NCBI GenBank assembly: GCA_951406725.2
Contig: OX597823.1
Coordinates: 5,766,001 to 5,830,000, forward strand
DNA length: 64,000 nucleotides
Source: Octopus vulgaris
Lineage: Eukaryota
Reading direction: 5' to 3'
Shown: positions 24,797 to 36,808 of the stretch, in pieces
Layout of the letters: the number at the start of each line of letters is the position of its first letter
How positions within the stretch are numbered: the stretch's first letter is position 1
Notes under the pieces: model-generated
Seen by the model: the letters and a program-made list of their open reading frames with translations, nothing else
Told to the model about the DNA's origin: nothing
Database searches by the model: none
Program-made: the position numbers and the translations under genes

Positions 24797-26614
24797 GATA
24801 AATTAAAACATGGATGGAGATGGAGACAGCCAGGCTTATCAAATCCAGAAGCTTATAAAGAGAAAAGACTCCCACTTCAAGTTAACATATGTTTGATCCT
24901 TTAAGGTGCACTCTACTTTTGCCAGGCTTGTTCTGAGGAAGAAAATATAAAATGCAGCTAAACCCTGACTTCTTCGTTGAATGTTTCAGCCTACACAAAG
25001 CCTGACCTTGAACATATAAGGCTCAGGGTGATTTTAGGGATGTTTTTTTGGTGGGGAAAAAAAAGCGCGCCTTTTATGCCCGAAAATACGATAATTCACT
25101 TTGCTTACACAACTAAATGCTCGTGAATAAAACGTATTAATGTAACATAATCCGTTTCTCCCCTCTCTACACTTCTTACAAATCTGTGTATTTGTGTCTG
25201 TATGAGAAGTGAATATTTAAGATACCGGTGACGGATGACCACGGCAATTAATGAAGAAAGAGAAAAAGAAAAGAACATGAAGAACCCTCATAAATCAGAT
25301 GTGGTTTACTTTAAACATTATAAATCAGTTAACGCCTATAGTAATAAAGTGGTCAGTGAAATTTATACCTTTGTAATATCATTGTATCAGTCACAGTGTA
25401 TTTGTTTGCCTGGAGCAAAGTTTGGTGTACAATGTGTGTGTGTGCGTGTGTGTGTGGCTGATACTATTGTTCTGTAAATTAAGTTCTGTAGTTTTATTTA
25501 TTTGTCTGTTTATCTAAGAAACAAATCTTCAGTCAAGTCCCTCTGTTCATGTAAAACTTATTTGTTTTGGTCTTTTCAATATCGTTTACATCATCAACAA
25601 ACCCAACACCACCACCACCACTACTCTGCTCTCTCTATTTCTCATCATCATCATCGCCATCATTTTGTCAGTCTTCGCCGTCATCTTCATCGTCATATTC
25701 GCCTACAAAACTATCATCTTCATTGTTTTTGCTATGATCTTTTTTTTTTTAAACATCCATTTTTCAACGTTGACATGACCTACATAAAGTCTTGCGATAA
25801 AACATATTTTCACTTGCTTGTCTCACTGCCTTTTGCTACCTCTTCTATGAAACCCAACGTCATGAGATCTAACCTCATCAATTTCCATGGTCCTGTAATC
25901 TCTTAGGTCACTTTCTGCTAACAGCCTAGAGCACCCATCATCCATTCATATCAAATGTCCAGGGCCTGTAGAGTTGTCTTTCCTTCACACTTAAGCTCCT
26001 GTTTATTATCCTGTCCAGCTACTTTCTCAGCTTATCCTGGTATATACACCTACATGAACCAACAAGCGGAGCTTCTATGTGATTATTAGATCTGCTGGAA
26101 ATAGCAGTCAAATATCCTCCAAATCACCCTCTACAGTCTTGAAAGCAAAGATGCCCTTCCTATTGCCAACCATTTTGCCATGTGAACTGGGTGTGTTTTC
26201 TCATGCCACCAATATTAAAGAGTTTGGATAAAGGCACTGCAGTAACTTTACATATTCTCTGCTTATTTGCCAACCATATTACAGTGTGTGCTGAGTGCAT
26301 TTTTGTGCTCACTAACTCTAGAGAGATTGTCTCACTCACCGGTCACTGTTGCAGAAAATAGATTTTATAGGCATTCTCCTGTACAGAAGGGGTTGTGACT
26401 TGTACACAGGACATTGTAAAGAATACCTAAAAGAGTTGACATGCTGACCATAGAAAGGAGAAGTAGGCGGCAGGAGAGAGACACCAGCAGTAAAACCCAA
26501 ATTTCTCTTTCTCTCTCCCACTTTTGCTCATTTATTTATCGGCCGTTTATCAACTCATATGCTTTTCCCCAAACTATCCTCTTCTTCCTCCTTTTTTCTC
26601 CTCTCTGGATTTTT

Positions 26615-26650
26615 TCCTCTTTCTGATGAAGAGCCATGCTCAAACCATCA
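26615..26650 (+). ncRNA. Degenerate hammerhead remnant
   Basis: ttt-CTGATGA-a-gagc-cat-gctc-AAAC: core and stem II present, G12 lost; related to 61419-61451. Confidence 0.35.
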
Positions 26651-26839
26651 TTTCCATCCTATTCTAACTAAATCTTTCACTGAGTGCTGATCTAATCAAC
26701 TTTTGTTGTTTTTCCTGTTTTTATATTTTTGTTGTGCATATATATATATATAAATTAATAAATAAAATATATGCATACATACATGTATGTATGTACCTAC
26801 ATCTACATGTATATATACATGCATATATAAATATATATA

Positions 26840-27265
26840 TGTGAGTACAGGACACCACAAATAGACGTAGAACTCAACGAGAAATGAAAACGTAAAAACA
26901 AACATGGAAACGGACTATTTTTAACAACAGAAAAAACAGAGTACAAGACAAACTACACAAGGAAAATTCCCCTTCATCAGCTGTCCCTAGTTCGACTCCA
27001 TGCATGTTTCGAAGGTGAGGACAGAACACGACTCGTCGAACTAGCCCTTCCTGCAAAAGAATTAAATAAAATTCCTTTGCAGAGGGGTAAAAACAAGGAA
27101 AGAAAAAAATGTGACAAAAACAGGATGTAAAAACAATACAAATAAAAAAACGAATACAAAATAAAAATACAGTACAAGTAAAGAATAAAAACAGGACAAG
27201 GAAACAAACAATGAGGGCCTTTTTTTAGCCTAGTCGATGGAAAAATTCAAGAGCGCAGGAAAAAA

Positions 27266-27268
<3 letters not shown>
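26840..27268 (-). mobile_element. TA-flanked Penelope-like fragment with permuted hammerhead-like motif
   Basis: Between (TA)n tracts; minus strand has ccttc-GAAA-catgcatg...ggacag-CTGATGA-agggg (26971-27044). Confidence 0.45.
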
Positions 27269-27304
<36 letters not shown>

Positions 27305-27520
27305 CATCATCGTTTAACGTCTGTTCTCCATGCTAGCATGGGTTGGACGGTTCGACTGGAGATCTGGGAAGCCAGAAGGCTGCACCAGGCTCCAGTCTTA
27401 TCTGGCAATGTTTCTACAGCTGGATGCCCTTCCTAACGCCAACCACTCCGTATATATATATATATATATAGAGAGAGAGAAGATGAGTGTGTTAGGTGTT
27501 GTGCAGTAAAGAATTTCTGT

Positions 27521-28331
27521 TTAATCCTTTTGTTACCATATTTCTTTTGAAGTATACAATCATTGTTTCAATTAATTTTGGAAATAAAGAATTTGGTAAA
27601 ATAGTTTTATTATTATTAAGCTGGTGTTTGGAACATAGATTAACATGAAATTTTGATGGAAGGTTTTTAAGTGAGATCACTTCAACTTTTTAGCATTTAA
27701 ACTGACCATATCAGACCCAAATATTCTACCTGTTTTATGTTTAAAGTAGTCACACTTGGCCTTTCATACTAACCCTACAATACCATTCTATAAATAATCA
27801 CATCACTGAAATCTTGGAGCTACTAGATAATGCATTGTCGTTAGTGTTTTATTGTGTGTTCGATAATTTGGTTCCTTCTTGACCACTTCTCACCCTCTGT
27901 CTGTGTTTATGCCTCTGATGATTAATGAGGCTGATTCTTGCATGGAAGAATCTGTTGCACAGTTCACAAGGGATCCGAGGAGGAGGCTTTGGTTGTTGCA
28001 GCTTCCATTTTCTTTCTTGTCATTTCTCTCCCTCTTTCCTCTGTCATTCAGCTTCAAAATGGTCTGTGACAGTGGAGATGGACTGATGCCAGCCGGGCCT
28101 GTCCTGAGCTTCAATGCCCCAGGCTTTGGGATCGATTCCAGTCAGTTTCAGGCCTTGCTTCAGCTGATCCATGTATCAATGGAGGGGACAGCTGTACCAG
28201 ATAATGCAGGATTAATCCAAGCCAATGTGAATAAATAAGCATTACATTTGACAGTAATCTGAAAGCTGAAGGGTTAAAATAGAAAGTTTCTATCATAGAA
28301 CTAGAGATAATATCAAATTCAAAAGAGTTAA
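27521..28331. mobile_element. Nested piggyBac-like MITEs: family A (27521-28331) containing family B (~27683-28277)
   Basis: Outer ttaatccttttgttacc ... caaaagagttaa; inner tttagcatttaaactg ... gctgaagggttaa; the inner family is also seen at 38340-38562. Confidence 0.7.
27835..28194 (-). mobile_element. 5'-truncated RTE-clade LINE (C-terminus with CCHH finger)
   Basis: Minus frame *YMDQLKQGLKLTGIDPKAWGIEAQDRPGWHQS...PPPRIPCELCNRFFHARISLINHQRHKH; 14-bp TSD tacYagataatgca (27821-27834 and 28195-28208). Confidence 0.88.
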
Positions 28332-28499
28332 TGAGATCATCAAGATTGATAGAAACACCTGGCTCTAAGTCACAACAGGTGACAACTATTTTGTTCTGTT
28401 GTGCAGGAGTCTAGTTGTTGACATCTCTGGATGGCCTTTGGCAACTCTGGTGTCCAGTTTTGCAGTGGAAGGGGCTGAAATACCTAAAGAGTTACTTGG

Positions 28500-28767
28500 C
28501 CACTGTACAGGTGGCACATAAAAAGCACCATTTGAGTGTGGCCGTTGCCAGTACCGCCTGACTGGCCCTTGTGCTGGTTGCACGTAAAAGCACCCACTAC
28601 ACTCTTGGAGTGGTTGGCATTAGGAAGGACATCCAGCTGTAGAAACTCTGCCAGATCAGATTGGAGTCTGGTGCAGCCATCTGGTTCACCAGACCTCAGT
28701 CAAATCGTCCAACCCATGCCAGCATGGAAAGCGGACGTTAAACGACGACGATGATGATGATGATGAT
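28500..28767 (+). mobile_element. RTE LINE 3' UTR fragment ending in (GAT)n
   Basis: ggtggcacataaaaagcacc...taggaaggacatccagctgtagaaac...gcggacgttaaacgacgacgatgatg; same family as 59910-60757. Other copies at ~7230-7450, 18340-18600, 27300-27450, 41160-41410, 46045-46235, 48400-48590, 53360-53580, 54530-54660 and 61856-62160. Confidence 0.8.
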
Positions 28768-29883
28768 ATGTATATATTGATATGTCTTGGGAGGGTCCTT
28801 ATGCCAATAATAATAATATATGCATTGGCTCAATATCACTTCTTTATTGTTAGTCAATTGGTTAGATATCTAACCAACTAATTGATCATTTGTTTAATGT
28901 TTTGGTTAAACAATCGATGAATTGTTTGGTAGTCAAAGCCTTTTCATCATTATTTGCAATCTTCTCAGTGATTTGCCCTCTCTCTCTTCAAGGTCTGCTC
29001 TGAGTCTGTTTGAGAAGTGATCTTATATCTATGTCTATCTATGTTTGTATATGTGTATGCTTATAAAAGGAGGTAAGGGTGAGAGTAAAAGAAGAGTTTG
29101 TCTGTGTGTGTGCATGGGTGTGTATACTCACGTGACTACTTGTATGTGTGTGAGTGTATGTATTAGCCATATGTATATATATATTTATATATATATTTAT
29201 ATATATATATATATATCATCATTATATATATATATATATGGTGGCATTACTGATGGTGGTAGAAGCTGTGAATAACTGGTTTTGACAAGGAATGGAGGAC
29301 ATTTGGGAAATAAAAATTACTTAGAATATGGTGAGGATTGGGGTTGAGTGGTGAGGGCAATCAATAGTAATAGCAATGGTGGGTAATGTGTGTGTGTGTG
29401 TGTGTGTACGGGCTGGGATTTGGAAATGTCTAAGAAAATTGATGGAGTTGGAGGGAGAGAGAAAGACTGAATGGTTGGATGGGTGAAAGAAGGCATAATT
29501 TGGTGCTTTAAAAACTGTTGCCATTTTAGAAGATGTTAGAAAATGCTCCAAGACATGTCACCTTCACTGGTACATCTCACCCTTACCTATATCACCCCAT
29601 CACCCTGACATTTCAAACAGTAATCTAACCTTCCACCCTGTTATTGGTTAATAGATTCTTTTTTGTCGAGGGGAGATGGCAACGTATGGGGGGGAGGGGG
29701 ATTACTGCTATATTAAGGTCACGTGATGTCTTTGGCAGTGGTCCAAAAAGTCTTCTTAGCGTTTAGCAATGATATTTTAATACTTTGGAATATGGGTGTC
29801 AGAGACTGTGTGCATGTCTAGACATTTATGAGTGTGTGTGTGTGTGTAAGGGTGTGTATGTATGCTTGTATATGAGTATGTAT

Positions 29884-30717
29884 ACTCTTTACTCTTTTAC
29901 TTGTTTCAGTCATTTGACTGCGGCCATGCTGGAGCACCGCCTTTTAGTTGAGTAAATTGACCCCAGCACTTATTCTTTGTAAGCCTAGTACTTATTCTAT
30001 CAGTCCCTTTTGCTGAACTGCTAAGTTACAGGGACGTAAACACACCACCGTCGGTTGTCAAGCAATGGTGGGGGGACAAACACAGACACACAAACATATA
30101 CACACATACATATATATATACATATATATATATAGGCGCAGGAGTGGCTGTGTGGTAAGTAGCTTGCTAACCGACCACATGGTTCCGGGTTCAGTCCCAC
30201 TGCGTGGCATCTTGGGCAAGTGTCTTCTGCTATAGCCCTGGGTCGACCAATGCCTTGTGAGTGGATTTGTAGACGGAAACTGAAAGAAGCCTGTCGTATA
30301 TATGTATGTATATATATATATGTATGTGTGTGTGTTTGTGTGTCTGTTCCCCTAGCATTGCTTGACAACCGATGCTGGTGTGTTTACGTCCCCGTCACTT
30401 AGCGGTTCAGCAAAAAGAGACCGATAGAATAAGTACTGGGTTTACAAAAAGAATAAGTCCTGGGGTCGAGTTGCTCGACTAAAGGTGGTGCTCCAGCATG
30501 GCCGCAGTCAAATGACTGAAACAAGTAAAAGAGTAAAAGAGAAAGAGTATATACGACGGGCTTCTTCCAGTTTCTGTCTACCAAATCCACCCACAAGGCT
30601 TTGGTAGGATGAGGCTATAGTAGAAGACACTTGCCCAAGGTGCCACGCAGTGGGACTGGACCCGGAACCATGTGGTTGGTAAGCAAGCTACTTACCACAC
30701 AGCCACTCCTGCGCCTG
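29884..30717 (-). mobile_element. SINE family A (minus) split by a second family A copy in opposite orientation
   Basis: Tail and 3' half at 29884-30110; 5' half and head at 30550-30717. Confidence 0.9.
30134..30549 (+). mobile_element. Full-length SINE family A (plus), inserted in the internal (TA)n of another copy
   Basis: aggcgcaggagtggctgtgtggtaag ... ccgggttcagtccc ... aaacaagtaaaagagtaaaagag. Confidence 0.92.
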
Positions 30718-31799
30718 TATATGTATTAGTGTAGATATGTGTTTATATATTAGTATTTGTTTGAATGGATGTATGAGTGCATGTGTGTTTATGTATGAGT
30801 GTGTGTGCTTGTGTAATGTGAATGTGCTTTAGTAATGTGTATGTGTGTGTACATTTATATGAGTGTGTAGATGTGATTTCTGTATATGTATTTATAAGTA
30901 TTCATGAGTGTGTGTATATGTGTGTGTGTTATTGTTGTCCAGGTCAACTCTGGTTTAATGTCAAAAATCTTTTAACTGCAAGGACTACATTATCCAGTGC
31001 ACCTTTTCTTCTTTTTTTAAGACAGTAGTCTGTATTTTGATGGAGATTTGGTTACTATTTCTAGCAGATTGAAGCTCCCTTGTTACATTTTTTTAATATA
31101 TAAGCTTATATGTATGTTTGTATGTACACATGTGTGCATGTATATCTATAAGTATGCATGTATGTTTATATGTATGTTTATTTGTATAGATATATGAATG
31201 TATGTATATGTGTAATGGTGAGGGTGGATGGCCTAGTGGTTAGGGTGTTACATTCATGATCAGGAAGTCACAGTTTCAATTCCTAGACCGAGTGATGCAT
31301 TGTGTTCTTGTGTAAAACACTTCGTCTCGCATACCTCTGTGATCACTTCCACATCTGAGGTATGGTAGTCTGTGCACCTGTTCAGGTAATGTCAATTTGA
31401 TGGCAGGTACAGAATAAACATTTGATCATTATAAACAAATCATTTGTACAGGTTGGTACTGCAAGAAATTGCAGAACCATTTTTCTTGGTCTACAAGTGA
31501 CCATCACCATGTATGTGTAAGTATTTATGTATGTTTGTATGCATGCACCTGTATGCATGTACGTTTGCATCTGTATGTAGTATGTAGGAATCTTTATATG
31601 TAAGTTGTAGATATGTATGGATGTGTGTATGTAAGTATTTATATGTGTTTATGTATGTTTGACTCTATGTATGTAATGGAAAGCTGTATGCATGTATATA
31701 TGTATGTATGCATGCATGCATGTTTGTATTGTATGTATGTGCTTATTGTATGTATATATGTGTTTATATGTTGTAGGTTCCCGTTCATTGACTAAACTA

Positions 31800-32235
31800 T
31801 TTTACTCTTTTACTCATTTATTTGTTTCAGTCTTTTGACTGCGGCCATGCTAGAGCACCTCCTTGAGTTGAACAAATCAACCCCAGGATTTATTCTTTGC
31901 AAGCCTAGTACTTATTCTATTGGTCATTTTTTGCTGAACCGCTAAGTTATGAGGACGTAAACACACCAGCATTGGTTGTCAGGTGATGGTGGTGGGGACA
32001 AACACAAACATACACACACACACACACACACTCACACACACCCGCGCACGTACACACACACACACACACACACATATGATAGGTTTCTCTCAGTTTCCAT
32101 CTGCCAAATCCACTCACAAGACTTTGGTCGGCCCGAGGCTATAGTAGAAGACACTTGCCCAAGGTGCCACGCAGTGGGACTGAACCTGGAACCACGTGGT
32201 TGGTAAGCAAGCTACTTACCACACAGCCACTCCCA
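31800..32235 (-). mobile_element. SINE family A, full length
   Basis: Reverse complement of tail through head, internal (CA)n. Confidence 0.88.
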
Positions 32236-32787
32236 CACAGAGTTTCTGTCAGCAGATTTAATACAATCCCTTTGCTCTTGGGTACCTTTAATTGAGGCAA
32301 CTGCTTTACAAGCATTCAGGTGAGGCTTCCAGTCTGAATAGGATACCTCCCCTCACCCCGCCTGAAAAAAACTATAGGTACTGCCCCTTCCACTGTGACC
32401 CTTCAAAAGCCAGTCATCACCTGTGTATGAGTATGACCTGGTAACATGCACCACACTTTTGCTAATTGTGTTAGGGGTCTGTAGTTGTGAGGGGACACAA
32501 ACATTTTCTTGAGTCTGCCATGCTTTGACCGAGCAGCATATCCAGGATGCGACATCTGGGGAGAGAGAGGGGGGGAAAGGGGGGGGGAGAAAGAGAGGGA
32601 GAGAGAGAGAGAGAGAAAGAGAGAGAAATGCGCCAGAACTCAGTTGCAACTCATTTTCAGCTGAGTTGACTGGAGCAATGTGGAATGAAGTACCTTCAGT
32701 TCTATATTTAAGAGGAATTATGGAATTATGTACATTATTTACATTATTTACATTTGACAGATATTTGTCCTCATCTTGTTTGTTGTT

Positions 32788-32833
32788 AACACTATGTTTC
32801 GTCTGATATAGCCTCCAGCCTTCATCAGGTGTC
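32788..32833 (-). ncRNA. Minimal type I hammerhead, left-arm copy
   Basis: Minus strand: gacac-CTGATGA-a-ggctg-gaggctatat-cagac-GAAA-ca-TA-gtgtt. Confidence 0.5.
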
Positions 32834-32889
32834 TTGGGGAAATTTCGAACCGGGGTTCTCTTTCTTAAGATATTTTTCGATGTTATCAT

Positions 32890-32922
<33 letters not shown>

Positions 32923-32976
32923 TATAACATTGAAAAATACCTTAGGAATGAGAACCCGGGTTCAAAATTTCCCCAA

Positions 32977-33022
32977 GACACCTGATGAAGGCTGGAGGAT
33001 ATATCAGCCGAAACATTGTGTT
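32977..33022 (+). ncRNA. Minimal type I hammerhead, right-arm copy
   Basis: gacac-CTGATGA-a-ggctg-gaggatatat-cagcc-GAAA-ca-TT-gtgtt; stem I gacac/gtgtt, stem II ggctg/cagcc; stem III probably ACGU decayed by CpG loss. Confidence 0.6.
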
Positions 33023-34399
33023 AACAACAAACAAGATGGGGACAAATACCCATCAAATGTAAATAATGTATGAAGTACCTTGTTCAGAGATAATGTATGA
33101 AGTACCTGTGGGTTCAGGAATTGAACCAACAATGTTATCATGAGTCGAATGCTCTAACCATGAGGCCATGTTCCTTCACATCCCTCCAACACCTCCAAAT
33201 AACTGGAGGCTCTTCATTATATTGTTGTTGTTATTCTTTAATCATCAATCATTTTAGCTTTTATGATTGTGAAAACAACATCCTTAATCACTTGGACGCA
33301 CAAAACATATTGGTTTAAGATCCCTTCTTATCCTAAGGGATTCTCAACCAATATTTACCTGCTGTTATTTATAGTTTTATTTGCTTTGAGATTTAGCATT
33401 TCTATCAAAGAATTATTTCACGTTCTTAAAGTTTCAACAACCACAACAACAACAACACACACACACACACACACGTGTGTGTGTGTTGTAAAAACATTAA
33501 AAAGCTGTTAAATTAATTATATACATCTAGAATTATATTTATACAAATTAAGTATAATAATGTAAACACATTCTCTCTCTACCCTTGATTTATGGAAAAA
33601 TCCGGAGGCATGGAGAGGTTGGGGAGGCTCCCGATGATCCATTTCATGTTTAGTTGATATCAGAGAAGACTTACTCTCCCCCCCCCAAACCATTGGGTTT
33701 CCTCCATTTCTTCCACAAGTCAAGGACATTGTTGTAAATAATTAATTTATATAACTGTAATTATGATTATATTTAAATCATTTCATTGTCAAGGCTTCAA
33801 AATTTTTATATTAAATTCAGCATGACTGATTTATGATCTCTTATATATATATATATATTTATTTGTGTGTGTGTGTGTGTGTGTGTATGAATATATATAT
33901 ATATACATACACACTTGCTCACACTCACACATGCATATACTTATGCACTTACACTCACAATCAGATTCATTAAATGTGTTAAATATATTTTGGGTTGCCT
34001 TTCTCTAAACTGTACAATATTATCCTCTTCAGATTTGGTAGTAACAGAATATTTATTTGACCCTTTATAATATTGGTCTGCCATCTTGTCTAGATCTGGC
34101 CTTTAAGTCACTACAAGAAAACTAAATCTTTTCTTGATGAGATCACTAGAAATTCCTTATAGGTTATAAATATTGTGAAGAGGTGAGGTCACAAAGTACA
34201 GAGAAATAAGCAAAATATATGAGGCTTTAAGTTAACAAATTTGTCCTCTTTACTACCCAATAGACAACTGTCTTTTTTTTTCTTTCATATTTTATGTGAG
34301 AGTCTTTCATTATCAACAGACAAAAGAAATAATCACATTTCTTTGAATACCAAGGTTAATTCAGGCAAAAATTTGTCTGAGTTTCTGAGTGGAAGAATC

Positions 34400-34790
34400 A
34401 TTGTCATTATATACTAATATCTTTTTACTATTACCATTGAATTAGCATTGTTATAAGTAAGTATTAGTCTCCTCATCTTGGCTGTTGTAGTCACAGTGTT
34501 GCCACCATTATACTCTTCAGTCTTCTTCAAGAATTATCATTATTGTTTACTGATATGCTTGTATTAGTGTCTTCATCTTGGTTATTATAGCCAGTGCTTA
34601 GCTGCTGTCAGGAACTATTATTATCATTGTGATACACTGATATGTTATTTACTACTGGCCTCATCTTGATTGCTATAGTTACATTGTTTTGGCCATTGTA
34701 CCCTCCAGCCATCTTCAGAAATCATCATTATTATATACTAATATAGTTGTAGTAATATCCTCGTCTTTGTTGCTTTAGTTACAATATTCT
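34400..34790. repeat. Degenerate ~100-bp tandem repeat, about 4 copies
   Basis: tattagtStcYtcatcttggYtRttRtag recurs at ~34462, 34562, 34655 and 34755. Confidence 0.6.
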
Positions 34791-35261
34791 GACATTAGTC
34801 TGAATAGAACAGTAACTTTACCTTGTATATGGCCACCAGCCTCTCTGCGACAAGTAATCTTTTAATGGCAATCAACTGGTTGGTTGCAGTTTTTCTGTGG
34901 AGTATTTAATTTTATTGAATTGTGGACAAGAAGTTATTGAAAAAAATGTTAGTAAAAGAGAAGAGGTAATAATTTAAGAAAAAAGGGTTTGAGAAGTATT
35001 GATCTAGGATACATAATAAACTGGTTTTGGAGAGAGATTTTAGCAAAAAAAAAAAAAAAAAGGCAAACTGCTTCAAACTTCTTTGATGCAGGGAAATGAT
35101 CCAAGAATTGAAACCCTGATCTTGCAATTGTGAGGGCAACACCTTAATCACTAGGCTTGTGTGCTCGCAATATAAATATCATTATTATCAGTATCCTTTA
35201 ACATCTGTTTACCATGCATGCACACATCTTGCCTTGTTGACCTGTCTGTTCTCGGCATTTG

Positions 35262-35485
35262 TCTTGTCTTGTCTTGAGACAACATTCACCCGGGGTGGGT
35301 TGAGCTGGCTTCATTCATCCTCAATGCTGCATCTCTCACAAACGCCGACCAGACCTGGTGATTTGCGGCTAACGACTGCATGATCTCCAACCACTCCTTA
35401 TTCCAGCGGCAAACGCCATAGATATGGGGTCCTAGGTTGGGTTACAGATCAGCCTTGACTGTCATCAGCCAGGGTTTTTCTTGGC
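35262..35485 (-). mobile_element. 5'-truncated RTE-clade LINE 3' end with (AAGAC)n tail
   Basis: Minus frame PWLMTVKADL*PNLGPHIYGVCRWNKEWLEIMQSLAANHQVWSAFVRDAALRMNEASSTHPG*; TSD ttctYggcatttg (35249-35261 and 35478-35490). Confidence 0.85.
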
Positions 35486-36757
35486 ATTTGATTTTTTTAT
35501 TTGATGAATTGCATTTACTTCTGCATGTCTCTCAGTTCCTATAGAATTAAATATAATTCTTCATGGAACTGAGAAATCAACATGAAATTTTGCTGGAAGG
35601 TTTTAATTCAGATCTCTTTAAAGCAGGAAGTTTGTGTCATAGAATCAGGGAGGTTAGTATCGAAAGGGTTAAGTGACATCCCACTGTCATTGAATGATGT
35701 AGCCTGGTATTCACAGTGTTTAAATGAAAAATGACTGGATGGTCATATCTGGGATGTTTTTGAACACAGGTTTGCTTAACTTGTTTCGTCACCATGAAAT
35801 AGTCTTTCTTGCAATAAATTTTGAAAATAATGAAGAATTCATTAAAATAACTTTTTTCATTATTTAAGCAGGTATTTGGGATATTAATTAACACAAAATT
35901 CTAATGGAAGGAAGTTTTCATTTAAATCACTTTCAAACAGGAAGTCTGTATCATATAACCAGGGGTGGTCTCAGGCGAGTCGATAATTGGATGACGTAGT
36001 CTGGGATTTACATGGATTAAATACCTTTGTTTCAGTCATCAAAGATCAATGGTGAGTCAGGCTGGATTCCTACCTGAAATAGATTTAAGAGATTAACTAA
36101 CAACAATTGATATTTAATTGGAATAACTACATTCATCACAATGTTTTATCAGAAATACAATGGCAGAAGGGACAAGAAGGTTACAAAGAAACAGATTTGT
36201 TGGTGTCGGCATCGTTGTTGTTGTTGTTGTTGTTGATGGTGGTGGTGGTGGTGGAGGCACCAAACTGTAATTATGCCATAAATTATGAAACTAATATAAA
36301 TAAATAAATAACGTGAGTGTTTGGTATAAAGTTACCAGTGATGTATGTGGAAGCATTAGACATTGAATTATAAACCTGAAATCATAAGTTCTTTGCATTG
36401 ACATGAAAATAAATGCAGCTAACTAAACAGTGACTCATCTGCTATCAAGTCTGATAAACCGTCTTATGGTAGGAGTTATGCACACATACTCTTTCATATA
36501 TATGTGTATATATAGACACACACACACACACACACACGCACACACACACACACACATGCACACACACACACACGAGTAACATTGCAAATCTTTCTCAGAG
36601 AACATTACATGGGTGTCAATAATATCCACTTAGTGGTTATACAAAGTTTTTATTTTTATTTTTATTTACTTTTGGATAGTATTATTATTTATATTTTTCT
36701 TTCTTACCTTTTATTCAGAGAGAAAGTTTATAGTCTCCCCCCCCCTCTCTCTCTCTA

Positions 36758-36808
<51 letters not shown>

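Larger units (their letters stand above)
32697..33069. mobile_element. Fold-back Penelope-like/retrozyme-like element with a hammerhead on each arm, inserted in a SINE
   Basis: ~145-bp inverted arms (32740-32886 and 32925-33070) around (TAA)n; 12-bp TSD atgaagtacctt (32685-32696 and 33070-33081); host SINE ~32640-33180 on minus. Confidence 0.8.

Noticed and set aside
27879-28238. 119-aa plus-strand ORF as a gene
   Set aside because: Antisense to a TSD-bounded RTE LINE fragment.
32353-32889. 178-aa minus ORF
   Set aside because: Runs through a palindromic element, a SINE and (GA)n; no domain similarity recognised.
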